64,000 nt of DNA. Origin: Massalongia carnosa. Taxonomy: Eukaryota. Location: the NCBI GenBank assembly GCA_965645245.1, contig OZ287073.1:1674001-1738000 (forward strand). Reading direction: 5' to 3'. Position 1 is the first letter of the stretch. Every line of letters starts with the position of its first letter. The notes below the pieces were generated by a model. The model did not search any database. It had not been told where the DNA came from and saw only the letters and a list, made by a program, of their open reading frames with translations. Of the stretch, positions 48,100 through 59,717 are shown piece after piece. A program made the translations under genes and the position numbers.

Positions 48100-50080
48100 A
48101 TGCCTCGAAAACAGCCTCCAAAACAGCCCTCCAAAACAGCCCTCCAAATAACCCAGAAAACGGGCATCTACTACTGAATTGCCTAGGAACTCAGCACCTC
48201 CATCCAAACAAAGGCGTAGAATCAATCCTCCTAGATCATCATCACCAGTTTTAAATGCCCGTATTTCTGATCTTCCATCACGTCCACCTTCACCATCTTC
48301 TCCAGCTTCTCCTTCGGCTTCGCCTTTACCTCCTCCTCGTCTCCTCCTTCCCGAGCCAAGGAATGTTCGTCCGACTCGCAATAGTGCGCCTTCTCCTTGT
48401 CTTTCTGAGTTATCTAGTGCTCCTGAACCTGAGCCCGAGCCTGTTTTGTTTACTCTAGAGACAAAGACAATGTTTGAAGCGGAAAAGATAGATAGCAAAG
48501 TAAAGGCGGCAATGGTGGATGGAACTCGGAGGATCAATCTTCTTTCTCTACATAAACAACAGGAAGCGTTACTCAGCACTCATGCCGATAATAATGGCTG
48601 GTCTTGTCACAGAGTGTCTCTATTATTTTCCCCGTAGAAGCGATGGAATCGTTCCATTGACGATCAATTCAGCTGTTGATGACGCTCCAGTCAATAATTC
48701 TCGAAATGAATCTGCTGCTGCTGTCATTTTTGCTGACGCTGTCGCTGGAGGCAAAGGCAGAAGCAAAAAGAGGACCACAAAGACGGATAAACTGTTGGCT
48801 CAGCGAGAAGAGCGTGCAGTTTTACGAGATGATCTGGATAAACGTCAGGAGGCCTTGCAAAGCATGTAGTTATGCACTAGTTCGAGATGCAAATTCAAAG
48901 GCAAATATTGCTGGATTGACAATGAAAAGCATTATCCGCTGAAAAGCAGCTCATATTAATGCTTGGACCCAAGCCATCGAGGAGGGAAAATCCACTCATG
49001 AAAGGCCTCCACCGACGACATTAGAGGTTCTTTTTTCATCAAAACGAAAGGCCGATGCTCTCGAAAAGAAAGAGCAAAAAGCAATCGTTAAAGAATCCGT
49101 CCCTTCGGCAATATATTCGATGACTGCAGGTTCAGCATATCCACCTCCTCATTATCCATTTTTATATCCATATCAACAACCCTCAGCCTCATTGTATCCT
49201 TCACCATATTTCCCCCTTCCTTCCCCTTCCGTACATCAGAATATGCCTTCAGCACAGCCTATTCAGCAAGAAAAATCGGAGAAAGTGGCGAAGAAGGTAA
49301 AGCAGAAGCAGAAAAAGATGAAGAACTTGTCACGCCACCCAAGGCAGCATCTGCCGGCGCACTAACCGCTTCCGTTACTCACCCCTTTTAGCGGTGGATT
49401 GGACGGTCATAGGGACCGAAAGCTCCGAGACGCTAAACCTTATTTCCATCTACGGTAACCGTAGGTGGCCGGTCACCATCAAGCAAATCATAGGGGCAAT
49501 CAACGGAGGTCTGAAAGGACTGAAAGGGACGCATCGGAACGACCTTCTAAAGCAAACACAAATGGAGGAAAGGGACAAAGGACAGAAAGACTGTTTGACC
49601 AAACTGTTCACTTATTGATGAAGACACAAGCAGCTGGATCGGGCCAAGCGATTATCTATATAGACTCCTAGAGAGGGCACCCTTTGCTTACTTCCTTTCT
49701 GCATCTTTGATATTTTCTAGTGCATAGCTTCCCAGTAGATAGTCAATTCCACATCCTGGTTGAACCGTCACAGAACTTTATCTGAATTAACAACCGCTCT
49801 ACCGTTAAGCTTCACCTCCGTTCCTATTCCAAGCAAGTCCAGTGGAGCAAGGTAATTCGTATGATTATATTTTATGGCATATAAAATTCACACCTAGATT
49901 GAAGTTTCACTTTAGACACGCCTATAACATATTGAAGGATAAGTGCTATGATTTACAAATCATTCAGCAGTGGAAAGGTACTGCTTATGAGGAAATAATG
50001 GGAGAAAATGGGAATCGAACCTGGCATCGGCATACGTTTGGCTCGCGATGTCAGCAAATTTGCTAGACAATTGAAGCAGC
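48100..50080 (+). pseudogene. Decayed second (cargo) gene inside the Tc1-like element, unknown function
   Basis: P/S-rich N-terminus; after a stop LCTSSRCKFKGKYCWIDNEKHYPL..(fs)..HINAWTQAIEEGKSTHERPP; C-terminal YILWH...AYNILKDKCYDL...MGIEPGIGIRLARDVSKF; stops and frameshifts. Confidence 0.6.
49400..49772 (+). mobile_element. Possible degraded solo LTR inserted in the cargo gene
   Basis: TGGACGG...CCGTCACA imperfect inverted ends, internal TATA-like TCTATATAGA, interrupts coding-like sequence; TSD not clean. Confidence 0.3.
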
Positions 50081-50082
50081 AC

Positions 50083-51691
50083 TCCCCCCCCTGTGTGAAT
50101 CTTTACTAGTAAACAGCCATTTTACTACTCATCCAGGGTGCGTACAAGCTAACAGTTACACTACGTATTAATAATGTTGCTATTACTAACTAAGCGTATT
50201 CAACATCTATAAATCTAGCTGTTGCGATGGCTTCAACTTCAAAAACTCGTCAGCCAATTGCGATACATCATCTTTTCTAGGCTTCATGGGTTTAGCCACC
50301 TTTTTCATCACCGTTTCCTTTCTCGCTTGAGCCCTAGCCTGTTTGACTGATTTCTCGACTCTTTGCTGAGATCCCAACTCCAATTGAGCCTTTGATTTCT
50401 TCGCCACACCCCGAGATCTTCGCGTTGTTGCAGAGGAAGTAGGGAGAATTTGAATGGCGCGCACGTTTTGGCTAAGATTATAAAGAGATGGAGGCGGCGC
50501 TGCCTGAGGTAGGGTTAAGTTATATAGCAATAAGCGACGGGAAACGAAAGGTCTGTGTTAGTGATTCCAATCAAAACGAATAAAGGCAAGTTCAATTTAT
50601 TAGTATTGAACGTTGTATCCGTTTCTAATAGAAATCCACCCACAAAACGTCGAGTCAGCCTAATTTGCTCCGCATTGCAAAAAAAAAAGAAATGTTCTAT
50701 TACTCGTCTCTCTCACGCACATTATTCTTAACGATATATTTTTCCTTACACCGTACATGAAAGCCCCTATCTTTCAACGAGCTCAAGGCAAAAAGAAGCT
50801 CTTCTTCAGGCGTGTGAGTTTCCTCCGAATGAGCGAGATTATAATAATCGCTCCTCGACAGACGGAGTCCTTGGATTCCTAATATTCTCGCTGCTTGGCC
50901 ATATTGGGTTGACGATGCACGGAGACTCTTTCCTTGATCTAGGGCATCTGTTCGATCAGGGTCCCTATTATGATGTTCTCTGAACGCAAAGGGATCAGTG
51001 GCCATCTCATGATTGTGCTCGGAGTTAGTAACTATTAGTCTCCATGCATTGTCTTTGTTTTTTGAGACGGAGGCGATAAGGGCACTCATTGAACGAAACT
51101 TTGTTATTGGCTCGCACCCGGTCTTCCTCTACTTTTTCTAGTGTTTCTAACTCTTTTGTGGTGGCGTGTGTAGTCTAATACGATTAAATGGTTTTTCTTA
51201 TCGTGAGTTTCTGTGACCAACGCGAAGCCTTGAGTGGAGGCATAGTCTTGAAGACGAGTCTTTGCCTCCTTCCAAGACGAAAATAACTCAGTCTCTTGCG
51301 GAGGAAGAAGGTGAGGTGAGGATAGAAGGGCAATGACATGTTGCTTTCGTGCATCCAAAGAAGTAGAATCGAACTCCATCGCGATGAGGAGTAGTAAAAT
51401 ATATAATATGAGGTATAGCTTAAGTGGAAGGAGAGATTTAGAGAGGGCAAAGGGTTAGGACAAGGGCAAGGGCAAATGGTAAGTGAGGGTGAGGGTATGC
51501 TTTATCAGACCGAGTAGGATAATTATAAGTAGCAATAACAGGTCAGACGATTTAAACCGAAAAGAGTTTAATGTGCTGTTGGCAGTTGCATTACTAGCTT
51601 GTACGCACCCTGCATGAGCAGTGAAATGGCTGTTTACTAGCAAAGATTTACATAGGGGGGGGGGGGGGGACGGTCGGGGGGGGACTGTCCC
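50083..51691 (-). mobile_element. Internally deleted Mutator-like (MULE) transposon nested in the Tc1-like transposase
   Basis: TIRs 50083-50151 and 51596-51691. Minus-strand FAR1-like FSSWKEAKTRLQDYASTQGFALV...WRLIVTNSEHNH and DDE start LETDTTFNTNKLNLPLFVLIGITNTDLSFPVAYC, then an abrupt jump to the C-terminal region. Confidence 0.85.
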
Positions 51692-52085
51692 TAAGCATCT
51701 CGTACGAATGGCCATCTTTCGATTCCAGGCCATCTGCTTCAGAGTTCGAGAAACCGTAGACTCGCTCACCAAGACGTGGAATTCATCATACAAAAACCAG
51801 CACATCTCATCCAAATAAGAGGTAGGTCTCTGATCCAGATACACGAGTAGTTGATCGATTTGTTGTTGCTTCAGTTTCTTGCGCCGGCCAGCAGCAAGCT
51901 GAGGTTTTGCAACCTCATTGTGAACCGTTCCCAATTACGTCTCATCTTACGTAGTTGTCTGATGCTGACACCAGTAGCAGCTATGATCGTGTTATCATCT
52001 TCACCCGTCTGAACTTTATAGCCTGGCGTTTGATGGTGCTGAATAATCGTTCCATGTTTGCTTTTGAAACTACGAGGTAGCAAGA
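51692..52085 (-). pseudogene. Tc1/IS630-like transposase N-terminal HTH region, frameshifted and truncated by the MULE
   Basis: TGVSIRQLRKMRRNW...GRRKKL...YLDQRPTSYLDEMCWFLYDEFHVLVSESTVSRTLKQMAWNRK. Confidence 0.85.
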
Positions 52086-52764
52086 AGAAAGATCTACATG
52101 AAAACACTACATATCATATATCCTACAGACTGCAAAAGGCGGTGTGAAGGGGAGGAGGGCCCCGTTAGCTACTGCACCAAATGCTGGTGTGTGGTCCAAT
52201 TCTGTCGCTTACTTTTTTTTTTACCGCGCAGTTTCGGGGTTCAAAGTTCGGCACTACATACATACATACATACATTTTCATCAATCGCGAGATTCGAACT
52301 TTTCATCACTCACAAACGCCATCTGTTCTTCGATTTTTTTCTTTTCTCTTTTCAAAGAAACGACGACGGAATAAATAATCCTCTAATTTCCCCCCAAAAA
52401 AGGTCGAGTTAACTAGCGTTTTTAAAGCCAACGATCCTGGTTCCAGTTCCTGAACCGACCGAGTAGTTATGTACAGCCGAAGGGGGGAATGGGGGAATAA
52501 GCACTTGACGAGTCGTTAGAGATGAGCACTGATTACAAACCGTGGGATTGATTGAGTCATAGGGGCGTAAAGGATTCTTCTGAGATCCCTGCAATTAATG
52601 TGCGCGAGTGGTTGCCTAAAATCCTTTTCACAAAAAGGCCTAAGGAACAGGTCGGCGACTTGGCTTTTTCCCTCTCGACTTGATCTAACAGATCAAGTCG
52701 AACTTGGTCGAAGGGAATTCGGTGTTTCAAAACCTATCCTCGAAGTTGACTAATATCTTTGAAG

Positions 52765-53874
52765 ATGGACTCTCCAAGCGTAGTGGCCTCGGCCCATCTA
52801 CCTTACATCCTTACTCCGCAAGAAGCTCACGCTGCACTCTCCTCGTCCTCTGCGTCCCTCAGGGGATCCCCTCGCACGATTCCGCTGTACGCGGCTTGGT
52901 TTTTCCCCAACGACCCATTCATCCCTAAAGACCTCACCAGCCATGCCACGTTCATCATCCACCGCATTCCCAACTCCGTGTTTTGGGATTTTGTCGCTGC
53001 AAGTGACCCTGACGCCACCCTCCCGCACACGGCCCCACCAGCTGCACAATTCGCAGCGATCATGTCCACCCTGGGGATCACGCGTTCCGACCGTGTAATT
53101 GTCTATGATAGCGCTGAGCGTGGGTTGCTTACCGCGCCGCGTGTGGCTTGGCTTCTGCGCGCGTTCGGCCATCCGCAAGTTCACGTTTTGGATAATTTCC
53201 ACCTGTGGCTTCAGCAAGGCCTTCCCATCGAGTCCGGAGCCCCCCCAAATTCGGAGGAAGAGGGCGGAATTCAGCGGTCCGAGTATCCTCTAGCCGAATT
53301 CAATCCTACCGCTGCTGCCAACTTTGAGGAAGTGAGCGCCATCTCCACGGCCTCGGGCAATGATACCGGCAACGAGAAGCCGAAGGCGCAACTCCTCGAC
53401 GCACGTTTTGCTAGCATGTTTCACGGGAAGGAGCCCGACGCAAACCCTGGGAATCCATCGGGTCATGTCCCAAACGCGACAAACGTGCCCTGGGACCGCC
53501 TCTTGGATCCGGAGACGCTAGGCTTACGCACGAAAGAGGAACTCGTAAAGTTATTCGAGGAGTGCGGCGTGGATCGTGATCGGCCGGTTGTTTCGATGTG
53601 TCACGTAGGCATCACTGCGGCGATTCTGGACGCGGCGTGCGAGAAGACGGGGTTTGGAGGTGAGAAGTCGGAAAGGAGGATTTTCGATGGTAGTTGGACG
53701 TAAGTTCCTGCTTTCTTTTTGTTACTTTGATGGCCTCGCAAACTGTATGACTGAAGATTGAGCGCAACCGGACGATTTTCGTAGCGGTGGTTGAGCTTGA
53801 ATGGCTAATTTTTGAATGCGAACATCAGAGAATGGGCGAGGAAGGGAGGAGAAATTGTGGAACAAGGGCCGTAA
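52765..53874 (+). CDS. Tandem-rhodanese sulfurtransferase (MST/Tum1-like), 2 exons
   Basis: AAWFFPND, HRIPNSVFWD, LPHTAP, VIVYD, APRVAW....FGH..V.VLD, LLDAR, SGHVPNA, SMCHVGITAA, IFDGSWT|EW. Confidence 0.9.
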
Positions 53875-54328
53875 TGAAGCCGAAGTCTTTGCCCGGGTAG
53901 CACGAACTAGAGACCCCGTATGGAGAACCAATGTTAGCCGTAGACCGCAGTCTTTGCAAACGAGATTTCTGTTGGAATACTCGCTTAGCCCCATTAGTTC
54001 TAGCTCAGCCCTGCAGGCTGCCATGACTGCTATAAGCAGTCACCTCCGTAGTAATTTCAACATTATGCCGTCAACTGTTTATTTAACAATTTCATCTATG
54101 AGTTCTTGTTATGGAGCTTCAATGCATTCCTAAGTTCCTCGCACCAGTAGAGATGTTTGCTCGGGCTATTCTCCTTACCCTTATACTAAGGCTTGAGCTC
54201 TCAGAGGTAAGGTATAGAATCCGCTTGCCGTGAGCAACGTGGCTTTGAAGCAGATAATTTCTACAAAAGCCGATACAGCTTTCAGTATCAAATGATTAGC
54301 ATTGTAGCCATCTATCCCTTTTGTCATC

Positions 54329-55729
54329 TTAAGTGCAAGCTGATGTCTCGATTTCGAGTAATCTAGCTCTAATCCAGGCCGCAAATGCCGCAAACATATG
54401 TGCATTCTTATACTGATTGCAGAACCCGAGGAGTGCGGAATAATGCTGCTTTATATCTCCACCAGTGGCTCGTAGCAATTTAGCTGCGTCAACGGGGCAG
54501 AGGTAAGGAGGTTGCCGGGCATCTTCCGCAAGTGATGCGCTGCCCTGCATGACGCAGGCATAGTACACGCAATGCTCCATGCCAAAGCAATGGCCCAACT
54601 CGTGGCTGGCGGTCCGGCAGACCCGACCTAGCCACAATCCTGATAATGCAGCAGGGGACAAAGATCTCTTGGACCAGGGCAGACCGTCGTGTGCGGAAAC
54701 GGCTGCCGGCATGGGTAAGGCAGCAAAGACATCATGATCAGTTTCAGCAGATAAAGAGCGAGAAAACGAATCAGACGCAACGAGATTCAAAGTAGCGTCC
54801 CCGACCTTTCCTTTCTTCCGAGACGGCGCCGCAACTTGTGTAGAGCCAGCGCAACATGCTTGAACATATGCTTCACAATGCGACGCGGGCCATGCGTGTT
54901 CTCGCTTCAGGTTCTGTTGATGGTCTAGGTTGGGGTTGTATCGCGCCATGGAGATGATAGCCACGCGGCTGCCTCCGTAGGCGCGCCCGCATACGAACTC
55001 ATCCTCTACGCTTTCGAAAAGATCATGCTCCACAAGCAACAGCAGCGCATACGCATCGTCAGGGAGTACACTCATGGCCACGTCAAGAAGATCGTCTAGA
55101 TTTAGCTGGCGCGCGAAAACCTTGTCTACCGAAGGGCGCGTACGAATCCGGATACATTCTGTCGAAGTCGTCAGGCCGATGAAGTACGGCGCGGCAGCTT
55201 TTGTTCTTGCTTTTGAAGCCTTTGATGCAGTCGCGTCCCAAGCTGTAAAGCAGAGAGGCGCCTGCGTCAGAAGCTTAACGGGTAAGCCGTAATAAAATGC
55301 TGCTAGATAGTCCACCACGTCTTGCACTCGAGGTGTCCCGATAGGATTGGCCGCCGGCAAGGGTTGTTGGTGGCTCCAGAGCCTCATAAATTCAACTTCA
55401 GACGCCACATCTGGAGGCGCAGCCACGTAGACCACGTTCTTTCCAGGTTCCACTTTGTTGCGATCCTTCAAGCGTAGCCATGACTGCACACTTTGAGGAG
55501 GACAGCCTGGATCCAGCGACAAATCATCATCCGGCAGCACCAATGGAGCAGGAAAGGATGCTGCAGAAATGTTATGAACGTCCGCGCGTCTCGTTTCAGC
55601 AGCTGCTACTTGTCGCTGCTCCTGAGGCCTATGATAGCCAACTTCAGCAGCGTGGACGGAGAGATTGAAGACTAGATGTCCATGATCGCAACCGGTGTTC
55701 CGTGAATGATCGATCTTGCTGCAAGACAT
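54329..55729 (-). CDS. Archaemetzincin-like zinc metallopeptidase (peptidase M54)
   Basis: HELGHCFGMEHCVYYACVMQGS..(E)D..PPYLCPVD; LPDDAYALL...DLF...FVCGRA; single exon. Confidence 0.9.
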   Translation of the reverse strand: MSCSKIDHSRNTGCDHGHLVFNLSVHAAEVGYHRPQEQRQVAAAETRRADVHNISAASFPAPLVLPDDDLSLDPGCPPQSVQSWLRLKDRNKVEPGKNVVYVAAPPDVASEVEFMRLWSHQQPLPAANPIGTPRVQDVVDYLAAFYYGLPVKLLTQAPLCFTAWDATASKASKARTKAAAPYFIGLTTSTECIRIRTRPSVDKVFARQLNLDDLLDVAMSVLPDDAYALLLLVEHDLFESVEDEFVCGRAYGGSRVAIISMARYNPNLDHQQNLKREHAWPASHCEAYVQACCAGSTQVAAPSRKKGKVGDATLNLVASDSFSRSLSAETDHDVFAALPMPAAVSAHDGLPWSKRSLSPAALSGLWLGRVCRTASHELGHCFGMEHCVYYACVMQGSASLAEDARQPPYLCPVDAAKLLRATGGDIKQHYSALLGFCNQYKNAHMFAAFAAWIRARLLEIETSACT

Positions 55730-56096
55730 TCTAGCAAAGTGCTCAAGACATCAATGCCTTGACTTTCTCAACTGCGAAGAGATACATCGAGCGATACAGT
55801 TTTCAAGTCACATGATTGCAAAACGGAAGGTTAAAACGCTGTCACCTGACTTTTATATTGTTGAACCCTCCTATTCCTTTAAGAGTACACCTCTCCTAGA
55901 ATTGACAGATTCTTTTCTAGTCACCGAGATAAAAAGAATCAACTTCGTTGTATTCTTCTTTGAATATGTATATATCTAAAGTCATTGTACTAGCCCCTAT
56001 GGTCTCGTTAGGATCCATCGCTAGGTGCAAAGAATGATTCTATTCCACAGATTTGTAACCTTGGACTGCCTTTGCTACGCTGGAAGTACATGCCAT

Positions 56097-56888
56097 TTAA
56101 TCAGGAATCGACGGGATAAATCTATTACACCCATGGGCAACCCTAGTAACAATGTCGACAGGACTGCAGCAATAAGACTTGGAAATGGGACACCCTTGAA
56201 ACCACTCCACGCAATTCTCTTTTCTATCAGGGACCTTAGTAGACATGCAGCAGTACGAGTACCTTTTTTCGTTGAACCATCCGTTTTTGCATTTGGGTCT
56301 CCCCGGCTTATTGATGTCAGCTACTCCCGGTTTGCCGTCGGTGGGGTCATCGTCTGAATCTTCCTGGCCATTAGTCGGATTCGGGCAGCTTACGCCAGTA
56401 GCTGGAGCTTCAACTAGTAGTTGGGCGTCGAGCCTTGATGGCGGGTTGGAGTCGTATGAAGAGAATAGGTCGACGTCGGTCGATCTCTTGGTGTTGGATT
56501 GGCTTTTCGTGCACCTTGCTATTTGCGCATCAACTGAATCGGGCAAGTGGTCTGACACGATGGCCAGAGATCCGTCAATGAAATTGGCTGATGAGTCTGC
56601 GCGGGGCGAGTCGTGCGGATGGTCCGAAAATGTTGACAGCGTGGTTGCACCTAAGCTATCTTCTTGAGTTAAAGGACCGATTGTAACGAACATGTCATCT
56701 AAAGCAATGCCAGAAGGGTCTAAAATAACGAAATTCCGATCTAGGTTACCTAGGATACTAGTGCGGTCTCCCAGATCATCTATATTCGCCAGGCCTACAT
56801 TGGATGTATCGCTCAAGCCTTGAGGGAATGGATTTGCTATCACCGGTGCGAGTGACGCAGCCTTAGCAATAAAGAATAGAGGGCGCAT
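56097..56888 (-). CDS. Secreted protein with acidic pro-like region and Cys-rich C-terminal domain (effector-like)
   Basis: Signal-like MRPLFFIAKAASLAPVIANP; internal KR site; C-terminal C..CC..C..C..CC..C pattern. Confidence 0.65.
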   Translation of the reverse strand: MRPLFFIAKAASLAPVIANPFPQGLSDTSNVGLANIDDLGDRTSILGNLDRNFVILDPSGIALDDMFVTIGPLTQEDSLGATTLSTFSDHPHDSPRADSSANFIDGSLAIVSDHLPDSVDAQIARCTKSQSNTKRSTDVDLFSSYDSNPPSRLDAQLLVEAPATGVSCPNPTNGQEDSDDDPTDGKPGVADINKPGRPKCKNGWFNEKRYSYCCMSTKVPDRKENCVEWFQGCPISKSYCCSPVDIVTRVAHGCNRFIPSIPD

Positions 56889-58400
56889 TAGGAAAAGAGG
56901 AAAACGTCTTCAGTTGAGAAGGTGGATTCGGTAGAAGGCGCACAAGAAAACAGGAAAAAGTCATCACTTGAAGAATGGGATTGTTTGGATCCGGTTTGTT
57001 TCATTTATCGTCTTTCGTCCCGTCTTCACGGAACAGCACAGGTACGAGTACATCTTCACTCCGAGAAGGTACGCGAGCCCGTCCGTCAGTTACGGGCTCT
57101 GCCGTGTGCTTCTAAGCTGATCCGTCTTGTAATATCCTCATGCCGTCGTGATGTAGGATAGATTAGGTTCCACAAGAAAGCATTGACATCTTTTCCTCCA
57201 TCTCTGCTTGTCACGCTTAGCGTCGGTCTATAACATACTGAAGCAAACAAAAAAGAAATTGATCAGTACGAACGTTGCATTATTTTCTATACATACCATA
57301 ACTACCTGGAATAACTAGGTATCTTTGAGCGAGCTTGTGTTCCATCATTACCAGGGGTGAACCATGAATCGCAGGGAAAGGGAAAGAGTGAACAAGGCCA
57401 TGATGAACCTAAATTTAACCCTATAGCAGCAGCCGCTAGGGTCACATTCACATACCCTCAAAACCACCTACCTATACCCACTAACAAACAGAGACCACCC
57501 AGGTATTACTGCCCAGCGTAAATACTCGTACAGTACAATCCAGTACACCCCCTAAAAACCCCATGAATACAACCAAACCTTTTAAACCTCTCTCGATACC
57601 CCATCGTCCATTTAGAAAAAATAAAGCCGATAGAACTAATGGAATCATGATGATGTATGGACCTTGAGAAAACGGAGGCAAGGAGAGATTTAGCTGTGCA
57701 TATATATTCCCCCCTGTCCGGAAAGAAGATAAGACAGAATGAAAAGAAAGAAATTAGAATAAGCCCAAAAGCTGATTCTGAGAAAATACCGTACAGACTT
57801 GGTTGGGGGAGAGAGAGAGGGGGGAGGAAGGAAGTAAGGAAAGGAAGCTGTCCATCTATCCATCCACCCATCCACACCGACGAATTTAGCGTACATAGCG
57901 CGGCGGTCACGCACCAGCATAGAGTAGGTAAGAATAAACTTAAACCCAAACTCCGGGGGGAGGAAGTAGGAGGAAACGAGTGGCGGAAGGAATAGACGAA
58001 CAATCCGTTAACGGATATGTTGAAAGGGAGGGAGCCAGGTTGAGGAATTTCGCAGCTGATGATGGATGCGATGTAGTAGGTATATGTAGATGTATGGAAG
58101 GGGAGGGGGAATTCGTATGCTTGGAAAAAGGTATGTATGTATAAACGTACCTAAGTAGGGAGGAGAGCTGTGGGGAAAAGAAATAAGAACTTCAACGATA
58201 AAAGTATGTAGGTAGGTAGGTAGGTATGTACTCGGAAGCGCGCGCACTGCTCGCACACCTTCTAGGAGAACATGCAGATATTTACCCATCACCCATCACG
58301 TACCAATCCAACATGAACTGTTAGAGATCCAAAAAGTAACGCCCACCGGTCGAAATCTCTTGCCCTGCCATCTAACCCCAAACGTTCAGCTTTCCCGCTT

Positions 58401-59717
58401 TCATACCGCCCGAGAGTCCCCTCGAATAGCCCCTGCAGGCTCAGGAACATGGCGCTGTTCCCCCAGCTCCAGATCCTGGTTTCTTGTCTTCCATCTGGTA
58501 TCGTCCCTAGCTGCATATCCTTGCACCCCGAGGCCTACGCCCCACGCCCTATCCTTGCTTCTAGGTCCCCAACTCCACCCTGCGCCGCGCATGATCGGGA
58601 GATGATACCATCTGAACGCAACCCACGCAACGAACAGCCCCATCAGGGATCCAAATATGATGTCGAAACCGTGGTGCCTGAAATCGGTGTAGCGCGTCGA
58701 CGAAATATATATCGCGACACAGATAGGGAAGAAGGCAGGGATGAGCAGATAAGTTGGAGGCGCAGCGGCTTGATTGCGAAGGCGAGGTCGGGGGGTCTGG
58801 GGGCTTGTGGAGAAGGAGTTCGATGTTTCTGTGGAGGATGGTAGGGGGGAGCTTTTGTCTTCACTCAAGCTAAGCGGATCCTGGGAGGCGAAGGAGGGGT
58901 CGTGAGTGGTGTGGGACGAGGGGAGGAGATAGGGGATGCCGATTGCAAATTTAGAACAGATGAAGAGGGTTAGATATGTCATTCCTGCCCATGAAACTAA
59001 ATGTTTGAGTTAGTAGATTCTCTGGAAAATGAAAAAACTTGGATGCACTTACAGGACGAGTGACCGCTCGGAAAGCTAGCGAATCCATCATCAAGAATGC
59101 TCTTGTTTGTTTGTCTGCAAATCTTGTATGAAACCAGAAGCATCCCATTCGCGACTTGATTCCCGAATCCACCCACTACGTGAGCTGTGATATCCGACAA
59201 ATCGGGATCGCATCGGCTTAGGAGATCTGGACGTCCTTTCCCATAGAGATTCTTCATCCCCTCGGTGAAGAAGAACACCGAAGCGAGCGCAAGTGCAAGC
59301 CCCAGCCATCCGGTATTCCATTCCCATAGTTTTCTCCTGATGATGGCCGCCCTAGGCGTGCCTTTAGGAGTCGTAGGGCCAGGAACGAAAATGAGAGAAA
59401 TAACAAAGATGATTACAGCAGGCGCGATGAGCCCCACAACAACCAAGACCGCGGTGGAAACTTTCTCCTTCACGACATAGGGAAACGAGATATCAGGATC
59501 GGTTAGGGCGAAGGGTCGACGATTTGGCGAGGTCCGCGAGAATCCAGCTCCTACGGCGGCTATGAGACTGTTTGTATTTAGTACGTAATCCTTTATTGGA
59601 GACGGATTGGGGTGTGTACATGATTACTATCCAGTCGAAAACATATGAGAAGATCAAGCGCTTGGATGTCTTGGATGTACGTGAGATGGCAGGTGGCCGT
59701 AATGCTGAAGGCATCAC
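58401..59717 (-). CDS. PAP2-family lipid phosphate phosphatase (Dpp1/Lpp1-like), 3 exons
   Basis: SYVFDW, FALTDPDISFPY, C1 KNLYGKGRPDLLSRC, C2 SFPSGHSS, C3 STRYTDFRHHGFDII.G. Confidence 0.92.

Larger units (their letters stand above)
47877..52254 (-). mobile_element. Degenerate Tc1/IS630-like DNA transposon with long (~135-155 bp) terminal inverted repeats
   Basis: 47897-48032 is a near-perfect inverted copy of 52120-52254; left end TA|CACCCCGTTTGCAAAA; TA at 52255; transposase N-terminus just inside the right TIR. Confidence 0.8.

Noticed and set aside
57481..58292. Several overlapping ORFs downstream of the PAP2 gene
   Set aside because: Microsatellite-rich, UTR-like sequence without coding signature
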